From Laetmonice hystrix (taxonomy: Eukaryota), in contig OZ249439.1 of the NCBI GenBank assembly GCA_965235115.1, forward strand, positions 8,556,001 through 8,620,000: DNA of 64,000 bases, given 5' to 3'. The position numbers and the translations under genes were made by a program. Shown piece after piece: positions 11,977-25,527 of the stretch; position 1 is the stretch's first letter; every line of letters begins with the position of its first letter. The notes under the pieces were generated by a model that saw only the letters and a list, made by a program, of their open reading frames with translations, was not told the origin of the DNA and made no database searches.

Positions 11977-12080
11977 CTGTAATAAACCATACTCGACTCG
12001 TAGCTATTGTTGTTGGTGAACATGTCGGGCAGGTAGTAAAACTCAGGGACTAACTCCTGTAATAAACCATACTCGACTCG
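11921..12080. repeat. 80-bp direct duplication spanning 3' splice site + 56 nt of exon
   Basis: Two copies, 2 differences. Confidence 0.95.
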
Positions 12081-12269
12081 TAAACTAGAACCTTTATGTA
12101 ACAGTGATGTTATAACTTAGGTAGATAGAGGACTCCATCACGGCCCCAGGGTTACGGCAGTATAAGAGTTTTCAGATTATACATTGCTAACCCTGCTGGT
12201 ACTTGTGTAAACCCGACCCCAGCCCAGTAAACCTAGGTTTACGTTCTCACCCCGGTGTGTGTCACTAAC

Positions 12270-12389
12270 CTTGACGTCCGAGGTATCTCTCTGACAGTTT
12301 TTCCACGCTGCTGCCACTGAGTGGAAGGTTCGGTTAGCGTGATCAAACTTTCCACCCTGTAGGTGGAGGAAGAATGACGTGAAGGGTTC
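12270..12389 (-). CDS. NBEA: BEACH exon
   Basis: GTTCCAG|GAA...AAG|GTTAGT; [40 protein letters not shown]. Confidence 0.96.
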
Positions 12390-12694
12390 CTGGAACAATC
12401 ACAAGTCAATCGTAACCATTGACTGGGGAGAGCGAGAGGGACGCAACAAATTCAACTTTTCCTGTACTACTCATACACTGCCTGCTTCCAGCGACCAATT
12501 CCATATACTACTTGGCAACGACTGACCGCATGGGCAGACCTACCTGACAATGATGCGACTTTTTAAAAACAAAAAAAAAACCCTCCCTTGGAAATTGCTG
12601 ATATCGATCAGTTCTTTCCCTACTTGAAGTTGTGCGTTTGATATTTCAGATCCTGTTTGAGGGTGTGAATTTACTGGTTTCCATGGTAACATAC

Positions 12695-12835
12695 CAGTCG
12701 GATGAGCCAGTTGAGAGTGAAGGCGGCTGTCGAGTAGTGAGTACCGTAATGGAATGGTGGGATCTGGTCGTGCTCCCACTGCTGGTAACGTTCTTCAAAG
12801 AACGCCTTCCGAGTCGGGTTGAGGGCTCCGATCGG
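12695..12835 (-). CDS. NBEA: BEACH exon
   Basis: TTGCCAG|CCG...CTG|GTATGT; [47 protein letters not shown]. Confidence 0.96.
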
Positions 12836-13162
12836 CTGGCAACATAACGAACGCCGGTCAACAACCACAACAACCATAACCACAACCGCAACAACAATAT
12901 CACCATGATTCTTGCAAACGATAATGATAAAATATCAATGGTAATAACATCCCATACAATCCGATACCAATCTTTCTATTATGTATTTTTGCCCACGTTA
13001 TTACACAAAGTCTCTGTACGGTGAAACCCCTGGAGAACTGCATTATGAACTTGTAATCGGAAAACTAACCTGAAAAATCTTGAAATCTTTTTTGAAAGGG
13101 AGTTGGTGGTAATATGAGAAAACATGACAAAACCACTCAACTACATCATAAAATTAAAACTA

Positions 13163-13521
<359 letters not shown>

Positions 13522-13599
13522 CGGTACATCAATCAATTCATGTCTAGCCAAGAAAACCTCAGCGAGTGACACTCCTGGTCTGGCGGTGTTTAAATCAAT

Positions 13600-13613
13600 C
13601 CACTAGGTGGCGC
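13600..13613 (+). promoter_or_regulatory. CTCF-like motif
   Basis: CCACTAGGTGGCGC, full match to CCASYAGRKGGCRS. Confidence 0.55.
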
Positions 13614-13829
13614 TATGGGTTTGAACTGGGATCTGCGGTGTCGCCCCCTACCAGCATTTACATGGACTATCGTCTGCACAGTCCTGCTGTTCCGAACCAC
13701 ATACCCTGCCCGTTACTGCCTTATTTAGAAACACCCTGGAGAACAGGGGTCGGGGAGAATAGGGATCATGTAACACCGCTCCCCCTATCTCTCTACCCCC
13801 CCCCCCCCGGCCGCCCAAACTGTCCGTAC

Positions 13830-13932
13830 CTGGTCTGAGGCAGTCCATACTTGACCCCGACCCCGACACGGGGCAGGGCGCTGTTGACCTTCTTGGCCGT
13901 GGCCTGGTCCGGGAAGGCAAACATGACGGCAG
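13830..13932 (-). CDS. NBEA: PH-domain exon
   Basis: TCTTCCAG|CT...CCAG|GTACGG; [35 protein letters not shown]. Confidence 0.95.
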
Positions 13933-15027
13933 CTGGAAGAAATCATCCATGACATGGTTACTCTAAAAACTCTATTTCATAGAAAGTGAGAAAGTGCTAC
14001 TACTAATTTCGACGCAGCATCAGTCACGTTTAGAAAGAGAAATCCTTTCCAGGGATTTATTTTTATTTCCCTTTTATTTCCTTTAACAGAAAATGTTTCG
14101 ACGGCTCTGTAGGTCCTAGGGCTATAAGGGTTCCACAATCTTGATAGCTAAAATGGTGTTTTATTATGCTATAAATGTACACACACTACGTACATACTGA
14201 AACATAACGATTAAATCGGTGTTCGCCCAACATGGCATGATGATATAAGTTGCATGTTCATGACACCGCACATTGTCTCGATGTCATGATAACCACTTCT
14301 CACACCAGAGGGCACCACAGTACGACACTGTGCGACATAAACCGGCGACCAACCATCGCCAAGGTCACAGAGGTCGAATCCTCTTGGCAGACGAGGTAAT
14401 ACTAGTACATTGGGTCGTAACTCTGCATGCCAAGAGTTGTTTGAAGATAACTTCCTGTCAGCAAGTGGCGGGAAGGATCCCAAATGTTCACTTGACACGT
14501 TACCATGTTGGGTCGCCTCCAAGAGTCACGATAAGGATCTCAGTAGTACGATACTAGCTTGTCGTCTGGGTGCTCTCTAATAGGGAGGTGTGACAAAGGT
14601 TAAACATGTCGAGAAAGTCTGCCATCCTTGGTTACTATGGGAACCCTGACTAGAACGTTGTGTGACACGGACATTTGGAACGCAAGTCTTCCCCAAACCG
14701 AGGCCAGCTGACATCCAGCCAGTCCTTGGGAAGCCTGAACCATAAAGTTTAACGAGGGACATGGTTTGTCATCTCTTCTTGGAAACATCTCTGTAAAATG
14801 GCACTTTCAAAGAAATACTCCTGCAGGTCCACGTATTCTTATCTTATTTTCCTAATTATCCTAATTGCCCACAAACCTCGCCCAAGAGCATTCAAAGGTT
14901 AATGACATAGAAACAGGAAAATGTAATACACACATTATTCTATTGCCCCCTCTGATATTATACCATTTGAAGTGCTTCCACCCCCCCCCCCCCCCCTCCA
15001 CCCGCCGGTCTCAGGGACGTCACTTAC

Positions 15028-15145
15028 TCCGCGAAGCCATGAAGATCTCGATGGCCGTGTTCTGTAGAAGGTATCGTCGGGAGAAGATGGCGCGGATCTC
15101 GTTGAAATGCCATTTTCCGTGTAAATGATCGACGTAGGCCAACAC
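15028..15145 (-). CDS. NBEA: PH-domain exon (acceptor duplicated at 15241)
   Basis: GTTACAG|GTG...CGGA|GTAAGT; [39 protein letters not shown]. Confidence 0.95.
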
Positions 15146-15316
15146 CTGTAACACACGAACAGACAGATCCTGGTAAGGTCAGCAGAGGGACAATGAACAT
15201 TATGACATCACAAACAATGCATGATCGACGTAGGCCAACACCTGTAACACACGAACAGACAGATCCTGGTAAGGTCAGCAGAGGGACAATGAACATTATG
15301 ACATCACAAACAATGC
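15125..15316. repeat. 96-bp direct duplication spanning 3' splice site + 21 nt of exon
   Basis: Two identical copies starting 15125 and 15221. Confidence 0.95.
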
Positions 15317-17962
15317 ATTCTTTCGTTCCAAACGGACTCTATCGAGGGAACGCATAGAAAGTATTGGAACCCAGCTGGTGGCGCCTCCACGCGAGCACCT
15401 CGGTACTAACGCCACACAAAAACCCAGGCCTCCCGACATTTTATTTTTTCACCAAGTATTGTACACGGTTTGTAATAGTCAGTAATTATCATGAAAACAT
15501 AAACCCTACTTGACTGATCAAAAAAGATCTACTCGGTGATTTCTTTGACTAGCGGCCATACATTAAACCTAAAAACGTTGAAAGAGCTCCAGTCCAACCA
15601 GATACGATTGACAACTTAAATTTCTCCTGACATATTATATAGACAACCCTCCAGCTTTACACGTGGCTCTCCCCGGCAGCCAGGAGCCATTCTATGATCT
15701 CAGACAGATTAGCCAATCCTACCAACCACCTAAATCTGCTCCATTATATCTACTCTATATAGAAACCCCTCCCCAGACGAGACCACAGAGTGAGAGGTTT
15801 ACAGGGACCGGCGAGTTGTATGTAACGATCAGCGGAGATCCATCACCAGGTCTGATGACAGTGATGGAGAGAGTTGGATCTCTCATAGTTTAACCTCAAA
15901 CACGACCATCAATCACCATAGATATGACAGATCACCTGTCAGTCCGCCGTCCAGGGACCAGTACCGTCCGCTGCCACCAGAGGGAGCCCCACCAGGGAGA
16001 CGCCGTCTTATTTTTACGCACGGAAACGTCATTTTTTAATGCCCTATTAAATTGTGATTCTATGGCCCTGAGAGTTATGCATTCACGGTCCCAGGATCAG
16101 TTTATGGCATGTATAAAGGGGTAAAAATATTCACCCTTTGGGAAGTTCTGACCAAAGCGGATGTTGTGCTGGCGTGCATCCTCATGGTGTGGCATAACCA
16201 ATATTCATCAGCTAATTGGTTGAATTATCTGCCGGTAATATATACCCGTAGATAGAATTACCACTCTCTGTACAGATTCGTCACCTTCCTAACAACCCGT
16301 GGCATACTCTGCCTCTTCCAGTCGGCCGTCCAATATTTTGACACGACCAGTAACCGACCCGCGTGTAAGAACGCTGTCAAAAAACACGTGCGCGCCACAT
16401 TTCGCGCCCATTTTCCAAGGAGCAGACGACCCAAGAGTCTAACCCATTGAGCGAGCAAGGCGGCACGAGCGCGTTTGTTTATTTGCGCGGACTCTCTTGT
16501 TGCGCGCAGACCAGCAGTGCTATCCGTCAACCAAGTCGTTACCCAGGTTACCAACACAAACAGTGCCCACACTGATGGCATACACATTTTGTAGCCACAA
16601 CACAACGTTCAACCGAGGGGCGATCATGAGCCGAGACACCGCTACATCCTGTACGACCCTATAGGAACGCTATAGAAAAATACGAGCCTTCTCGCCACAC
16701 CCTATAAAATGGGACTCGACATTTACAACCCAATGTTTTAACAGCTTGAGTGCGGTATTTTCAAATGTAAAAGCAATCGTGACCAAAAAAAAGAAGAAAA
16801 AAATAGAAAACATTCCTAATTTGACTGTAGAGTCATACTAGCCCCCTTTTTGCTGTTGTCGGTCGTGGTGAAAGGTTTCCATTCCCACGGGCGAACGCTC
16901 TAGCCGGAAGTCGGAGTGCGGAGAGAGATGTATAGCGTCTGGTATACTTGTGGTATGTTATCATCATAACGAAGTTAAATCGTTATCTCTAGAGCCCGGA
17001 GACGGGTGTTCCTACCTCAGCGTGGCTATGATTTCTCAAGGATATATTACATGGGAGTATACGTTACCCTGGGTCGTATCGCTCTAACAAAAACAAGCCA
17101 GTAAAAACAGAACAGTTGCAAGTTTTGTTGTTATTGAATCACTCAATTGTCAGTGCCGACAGGTCTTTGTAAATGGAAACGACGTCTGCATTTACCTTTA
17201 TAATCATAGTCATATTGAGCGAGGATAAAAATGAACTATGTCTGCCCCACCTGGACACTAGACAGGTGCGGCTTTATATCCCAGACGATAACAGTTCAGG
17301 CTTTTGGATCCTTATCTGGGCTGGATGATTACATCATGAGGACTGTGGTTGGCATTGTGTTGTCTTCACCGGACAATGAGACAACGATGCAATTACATCT
17401 AGTTTTCGTCCACTGAGAGTTCTATCAAAGGAGCCCCGGAAACCGGTGCTACAGTATCCAGCCTTCCTTGCTAACAGGCAATGCATCACTGTGGTATCAG
17501 TAATTACCTCTCTCGTTAAAAAAAAACAAAGAAAAAAGCTTTTCAACCCAGCCACCAAAATCTGCTGAGCTTCCAAATCCTATAGTTATCTATATCTGTG
17601 ACTAGCGCTATTGTTAGACGGATTTAGTTGTGGGTCCTGTAATCAAGCGATGGACTGGCTGGCCGATTACAGCGCCATCTGGACGCGGTGCGGGTTTGAC
17701 CCAAACCGAGCGAGACCTCCGTCCCCCTAGTGGCGACCGGTAGGCCCAATTAGAGCCCACTTACACCGGTCCACTTTACTGTGATTAGCTTCAGTTAACT
17801 AAACACCGATCCTGCTTCAAACACACGCCCAGACACCGCGCCTTGTTCCTAGACCCTCTTATTAAACAACGACTACAACGACACGTTTACACATCAAACC
17901 GTCAAATACGGAAAAATCACTATCATTTAAACAGATCGAGGCAATCAAGGTTTTAACTGGAG

Positions 17963-18088
17963 AAAACGAGACAGAAGCTGACCAAAACGAGACAGAAGCT
18001 GGCCAAAACGAGACAGAAGCTGGCCAAAACGAGACAGAAGCTGGCCAAAACGAGACAGAAGCTGGCCAAAACGAGACAGAAGCTGACC
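17963..18088. repeat. 21-bp minisatellite, 6 copies
   Basis: Unit AAAACGAGACAGAAGCTGGCC. Confidence 0.92.
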
Positions 18089-18329
18089 GTTATATCAAAC
18101 GTTCAGTCTGTCCATCTATACCAGCCCGGCCCCACAGACACAACCCGGCTGGGTCAGCTTGTGACCCGTACCAGAGAGGTTAAGGTTAATTTGATTAATA
18201 GTCTCTAAATGCCTCTTACTGCCACAATCATCCGGGCATCAAGATAACAAGGGATTACCCTTTGAAACCGCACGTAAAAACCCCGGCAGAAAAAGCGCAT
18301 TTTCTCATTACCTTGACAAAACGTCTATA

Positions 18330-18500
18330 TATACGACACAACGGGTGTCTTTAAATATGAGACAACGGTTGTCTTAACATATGAGACAACGGTTGTCTTA
18401 ACATATGAGACAAAGGCTGTCTTAACATATGAGACAAAGGTTGTCTTAACATATGAGACAAAGGTTGTCTTTACACACGAGACAAAGGGGGTTTTAAGAC
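18330..18500. repeat. 24-bp quasi-palindromic minisatellite, ~7 copies
   Basis: Unit ATATGAGACAACGGTTGTCTTAAC. Confidence 0.9.
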
Positions 18501-19582
18501 AATGATTCAGAGCCTATACTGGTAGGTGGAAGTTTTGTCATGGCTGATGAAGATGTCTTTTCTCTAAAGACGAGGATCTCTTTTCTCTGAGCCCCCCCCT
18601 TCCGTACTAAACTAAAAGACCCGAGTATAAGTACAAAGAAGGCTATGACCGGTCGTGGCCTGAACTTGGCCCGGTCAGACGTTACCTCACGTGCGTGTAT
18701 ATGACTGTCGTTCAGTCACACAGGTGATACATCATATACACTGTAATGATGGGGACGGCCGACACCATGTGCTCAGGTAGATCTATTGTAGTGTCAACAA
18801 AACCCAGCCGTCAATGCCTGTAGTTGACAGAGGGTAAAATGGGCCTACAGGTGGAATGTTAGATATGGCAATAAGGTGTGGAGGTGGAGGAGGGGGGCGG
18901 AAGGTCAGCCATGTTGGTGACGGGTCACGTGACTGACCACGTGATTGATTATTGCCACCTCCGGTACACGGCATGCCGGGATTGTTGGTGTATTAATTAT
19001 ATACCAGCCAGACACCTCATATTGTACAGCATATACATTATAGTGTGTGTCTGTATTATAGAGCGAGAGGTAGGGTCGCACCCTAGTCAAAGGTTGACAT
19101 TTCTCACAGCATCATTATCGCTTCATGACATGGCATATATCTGTTCCTATACATCCAGTACACCAAGTACTGTTGGTTTAAATAGTTGGTCTTGAACCGA
19201 TGGACTATTCATTCATGTGGGATGTTAAGTTTATTATAAATCTTCCATACACCTGCCGCTGAACGCTTCCTACATGTGTATGTACATAGAAAAATACTGC
19301 CATGGTATATGTCACTTTTGCATTTAGTTTACCCAGTTAGCCCTATACACAAGAGGTCCTTGAACGTTGCAGTACAACTAGACCCGAGAGCCTTACAACC
19401 CTCCTGGAAAGTCTTACAATCTTTCCCAACAGTCTACCTTCCTCGTCAATCTCACAGTCTTCAACAGTCTACCAGCCCTCCATTATAGAGCCATCTAGAT
19501 CTCGTGAACTCCACCACTTGAGGGACGCTGGGCTGGGCTGACTGGAGGCCATTATAAGAGGATCTAGTTACGGGATTGTCCT

Positions 19583-21380
19583 CAATGACTTACTTACGGT
19601 ACCCATTGTATTTGACATGTACACACCGAGTGTATACAGATACTGCTCGTTCCTATCTCTAGCATTCAGTGACTTACTTACAGTGCCCATTGTATTTGAC
19701 ATGTACACACCAAGTGTATACAGATACAGCTCGTTCCTATCTCTAGCATTCAGTGACTTACTTACAGTGCCCATTGTATTTGACATGTACACACCGAGTG
19801 TATACAGATACTGCTCGTTCCTATCTCTAGCATTCAGTGACTTACTTACAGTGCCCATTGTATTTGACATGTACACACCGAGTGTATACAGATACTGCTC
19901 GTTCCGATCTCTAGCATTCAATGACTTACAGTGCCCATTGTATTTGACATGTACACACCGAGTGTATACAGATACTGCTCGTTCCTATCTCTAGCATTCA
20001 ATGACTTACTTACAGTGCCCATTGTATCTGACATGTACACACTGAGTGTATACAGATACTGCTCGTTCCGATCTCTAGCATTCAGTGACTTACTTACAGT
20101 GCCCATTGTATTTGACATGTACACACCGAGTGTATCCAGATACTGCTCGTTCCTATCTCTAGCATTCAATGACTTACTTACAGTGCCCATTGTATTTGAC
20201 ATGTACACACCGAGTGTATACAGATACTGCTCGTTCCGATCTCTAGCATTCAATGACTTACAGTGCCCATTGTATTTGACATGTACACACTGAGTGTATA
20301 CAGATATTGCTCGTTCCGATCTCTAGCATTCAATGACTTACTTACAGTGCCCATTGTATTTGACATGTACACACCGAGTGTATACAGATACTGCTCGTTC
20401 CTATCTCTAACATTCAATGACTTACTTACAGTGCCCATTGTATTTGACATGGACACACCGAGTGTATACAGATACTGCTCGTTCTGATCTCTAGCATTCA
20501 ATGACTTACTTACAGTGCCCATTGTATTTGACATGGACACACCCAGTGTATAGAGATACTGCTCGTTCCGATCTCTAGCATTCAATGACTTACTTACAGT
20601 GCCCATTGTATTTGACATGTACACACCGAGTGTATACAGATACTGCTCGTTCCTATCTCTAGCATTCAATGACTTACTTACGGTACCCATTGTATTTGAC
20701 ATGTACCCACCGAGTGTATACAGATACTGCTCGTTCCTATCTCTAGCATTCAATGACTTACTTACAGTGCCCATTGTATCTGACATGTACACACCGAGTG
20801 TATACAGATACTGCTCGTTCCTATCTCTAGCATTCAATGACTTACTTACACTGCTCGTTCCTATCTCTAGCATTCAATGACTTACTTACACTGCTCGTTC
20901 CGATCTCTAGCATTCAATGACTTACTTACAGTGCCCATTGTATCTGACATGTACACACCGAGTGTATACAGATACTGCTCGTTCCTATCTCTAGCATTCA
21001 GTGACTTACAGTGCCCATTGTATCTGACATGTACACACCGAGTGTATACAGATACTGCTCGTTCCTATCTCTAGCATTCAATGACTTACTTACAGTACCC
21101 ATTGTATCTGACATGTACACACCGAGTGTATACAGATACTGCTCGTTCCTATCTCTAGCCTGACATGGACACACCCAGTGTATAGAGATACTGCTCGTTC
21201 CTATCTCTAGCATTCAGTGACTTATATATACAGTGCCCATTGTATTTGACATGGACACACCCAGTGTATACAGATACTGCTCGTTCCGATCTCTAGCATT
21301 CAATGACTTACTTACAGTGCCCATTGTATCTGACATGGACACACCCAGTGTATACAGATACTGCTCGTTCTATCTAACAT
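19583..21380. repeat. 84-bp (80-bp variants) tandem array, ~21 copies
   Basis: Unit CAATGACTTACTTACAGTGCCCATTGTATTTGACATGTACACACCGAGTGTATACAGATACTGCTCGTTCCTATCTCTAGCATT. Confidence 0.96.
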
Positions 21381-24300
21381 TCTCACCGTCAGGGCTGGGC
21401 TGACATGGACTTGTATTGTCCCCTTTAATCCTCTATCAGTCCCACTATACGAGCCGATTATCCGTGGAGATGACCGGTGGGGGCAGGGATACAAAGGAGA
21501 CAAACACCGACTGAGCTGAGCGATCAGTGGCCGAGATTACCTGATTGAGATAGTTATCGGTCGAGGCTGAGAACCGTGCCTGACACCGTATAGCAGGGAC
21601 ACATAGGATAGTTTGTTTGATCTGCTATCCGATGTTGAACAAATTACAGCGACCCGCCGAGTGTGAGGTGAGACTGTGGAGAGGTGGGTTAACCCTGGGT
21701 GGATGTTTAATTGGTGGTGTCGAGTTGTGGGTTAGTGGTGGAGAGAGATGTCCATGGGAACGACAGGGACACCCAGGAGAATCAATCACCTTGAGGGTCA
21801 ACTAATGGTACCGACAGGACAAACTAGAGGACAGATCCTCCTGCCATAACGTCCTACAATCACTTCCAGAAAGGTGGGACACGGAAAGGCGGGACGTCAC
21901 AAGTTGCGCTAGGAAAATTCCCTAAATAAAGTGACCTGAAATAACTCTGCTTTCAAACCCTGTACAAATTTGGAGGTAGGATGAAGCGATCTGAAATTAT
22001 TTCCCCTTTCAAAGCCAGTATTACTTGGGGTCAGGCTACACGACCGCTGAGGAGGTCCAAGTCCATATTTTCTCAGACCATGATGTGTAGGACAGTAACC
22101 GATACACGCACTTAAAGTCCGAGCTTTTCAATTAGTAGTAGCCGTGGACGATATATGTTTTCCTGACGAGGGACCGGCCCTGGCCTGGCCAGGTCTCCGG
22201 TGATATAGTATGGGCAGTCGTGACACAGGACCCTGACCGTCCGAGCTCAGCCCTCTAATCAACCAGTCAACACCTGCTGACCTGACCACGTGGTGACCCG
22301 ACCACGTGGTGACCACACCACGTGCTCGCCGCTAACCGGACTAACCGCTGCCACCCCGAGCTCGGGAAATTAGAGGCACCGTGCTCTCGGACGTCAAGGG
22401 GTGGGGTGGAGACAGGGGCGAGGGGTGGGGTGGAGACAGGAGCGAGGGGTGGACGCTACAACCACCGGCTGACGGCGCCTATACAGGCGTCAGTTTGTTC
22501 TCGTCGCACGGTTAAACCGGGCGGCACCTCGTGGGAAGACGGCAAGCAGGGCGTGTTTCCTGAGTACATTCACAGTGGCATTCATCGACTCTATACGATC
22601 TCCCGGGAATTCATAAATCATGGAGCCATGTATACTTTGTGAATCAATGCTGACTCTATAATGATATCTGAGGGCGAATATCCTATGTGACCGCCATATG
22701 ATTACAACTAAACACATCATCAGTGTACATGTATGTATATAAACGATCCCAGCATGGAATCCTCCCCTCATTATGTACACTCATGATCCATGCGTTACAG
22801 GAATGTACTAGAAGTACACATTTATATACCCAAACAGACGCCCACCGGAGTAGGTCCATACGACAGCGTTACGCCTGCTACCTCTATATATACCTGTCAT
22901 TTAATTTGGCATATGACATGTTGGCGAATCTGATTCCATTTCCGAATCCATGGATGGTGGGTGAATTAATTGTGCTTGTCGGTCGTCTGTATACATTGTG
23001 TACCATCACAACCCGTGCGGTATGCACAACGTCACACGTCCTGCCAGTTCTATACGACTGGTCCGATTACTTAGGTAAACAAACATGCATGTTATACATC
23101 CCTCCATGTACTTGGAGACGCTGACGTTTGGCCAGTCGGAGCGGAAAATCACCACCCAACCCTATTATAAACATTTCTATATGTAAACACGCAGACTACA
23201 CGGCGACTTTACGACTCGCTCAAATATGTTTACATAATTATGTATGCTTTGGTTGAGAATGAAGTGTAATGTAGTGAAATCCATTTCTAGTAAACGGAGA
23301 GTAATTCTCTTTTCATAAGGTACAACTGAGCTTGATGGGATTATGATCGTAGTTCTATATTATGGTTCCCCTTTTCACATATAACACATGTGGTTAAGGA
23401 TAAACAAAGCGAACCGCTACAGTCAATGTCAACTTTATTTAATTATTTTATACATTAATTTGTCCATCTTCCTCTATTCCGCTCTATATATTCAAGCCAC
23501 AATTACAACTTTTCCATTGCATATTCTCAATAGAGAAACCTCTATTATATCACACATGCAACTATAATATGGAAAGAGGAAGCACCATAATGATCTGAAT
23601 ATATTTTTGGGGGGTATGTTTTAATGGCCTCATTTATACTAGGGGGTATCAGAAGTGATTATAGCTCCACTTTAATAATCTCTGATGTCTGTATGATAGC
23701 GACATCTAGTGACGAGTCGCATTACTCGCAATGTCAGCGGTTCCAATTCATGGCCGTGGATTGGGTATCACTTTCAGTCTAAGACCATGTGGTCTAAATA
23801 ATGGCTCCACCTCAACGCCATCTTGGATGCCATATCCGTGTACGGTTCACATCACTTCAAAATATCCATTCACAACGTTACTATGGGCAACGGGTTACTG
23901 TGGAAACGGTTTATATACCCCATGGTGCATGGCGACAAGATTGTTTTCTCGGTCCCAGGAAATCTCTTCATAAAATCTCTTCCTTTGCTTTATCTTAAAA
24001 AGTCTAGGCCTACATTTAAATTTAAGAGCATATAGACTTGATTGTATAGATAAAATCACATTTTTAACAAAGCTGAGAAGCTGACCGGACCTTTAGTTTC
24101 TGCTAGGAGGGTGTTTCATATCCACCGACTGTCCTCAACCTATTTCCCGTCGCCAGGATACAGCACAATGTCGACGACCACAGCATGTTTTCATCGACTG
24201 CCTGTTGCCATGCAGCACGGAACATCCCACTAGGGGCGCTGAAGGTCTATAGCATCCAGAATATGTAAGCAGCATAAAACAAAAGATATGTGCATGCCCA

Positions 24301-25527
24301 TGACATGTACATATGCAGCGAGTGGGCGGGGCTTAACAAGCTAACTGACCTCAGAGCCCTCCCAGCCCCGCCTACCTCAGGTCTCACCACGATAAATCAT
24401 ATCGAGTAAGGACTGTATTCAGAAGAAAGCCCTCCAGCCACCCGGGGCTCACACACATTTCTAACGTTCTTATCAAACTACGTGTTCCCGCTCTGATCCT
24501 AAAGACGGTTGATCTTTTGAAGGTGATCGGTTTGGCGGCTTAAATGGTGAAGTTAGGAGCCACCCGAGCCGTGAAACGACCAGCCATGGTACCCGCCCTT
24601 ACCCCGTCATTTCAAGCCGTGACAAAGGGCAATTATCACGGATTTACCTGTCTGACGGGCGGCCTCACAGCGAGGGCCGGGCCGGCTTTGTGTCAGCCCA
24701 GCCCGGGTAAAGCCGTCTATAGCTCCCCTGCCTCAGGGCCCTGTCCGGGGTGTCATTAGAAGGAGTACCATGTCATTTGCCCCCTGGGTCACCAGCTGAG
24801 AGAGTCTGTCGCCTGACTTCCATACCTGCGGCCGGGGTTCATACGTCTCGACATAAAAAAGAGAGCATCCTTACTTGTGCAGCCTCCCTGCCGATTACTT
24901 GGCTTTTATTGTTTACCAGCACAATGTGGTCTGTAGTTAGCTGACTTCACACACCTCCGGTCGTGTCGTAATATTGTACAAGGCTGTGATTAGACGGGAG
25001 GTGATGACACCGCTCTCAGATCCCCCCGGCCCCTGGCCCCACACCCGCCCGGCAGGATGTACGCCCGGCCCGTACTGCGCCTTCTCCCGGTCTGTATACA
25101 CAACAAAGGCTCGCTCACGTAACACCCGGCTCATGACACTCAATCAACGGTTGTCTACTTGTTACAGCTCACTGAGCCCGTCATTACAATCCACTCGGCA
25201 GGCCGAGAATGCTCCTTACATAACGTGATGATGGGTCAAACTCACACACTCTCTCTCTGACGACAGATGCTTTCACTTTTTAATGTATTCTCAGACACAA
25301 CACAGGCTTCACACTCGTAAGCGTCGTCATAATCGACTGACTGATAAGGCCAGCGTGTTTGATCTTATCTCATCACTATACATGGCCGTTTACAAAGCAG
25401 CGAATAGCTTTGAGGCAACATCCCTCGCTGACACAACCCCAATCCTATAGTGTTATTCATGAGCGCCCCCTACAGGAGTTCTCACGAAACACACGACCGA
25501 GCCCATTCCCCCAGGCTCTACGGGAGG

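Noticed and set aside
14270-14790. Possible degenerate retroelement coding remnant
   Set aside because: No frame gave a recognisable RT, integrase or transposase motif; cannot be supported without a search.
19617-19994. FLSLAFSDLLTVPI resembling GPCR TM2 (LAxxDL)
   Set aside because: Confined to the repeat unit; flanks give no other helix or receptor motif; likely chance.
19528-21404. 13-bp direct repeat GGGCTGGGCTGAC on both sides of the 84-bp array as a TSD
   Set aside because: Offset by tens of bases from the array edges, low complexity, and no element termini.
24937-25143. Protein-looking minus-strand ORF (SRVLRERAFVVYTDREKAQYGPG...) as an NBEA exon
   Set aside because: No similarity to neurobeachin, weak acceptor, in-frame stop immediately upstream.
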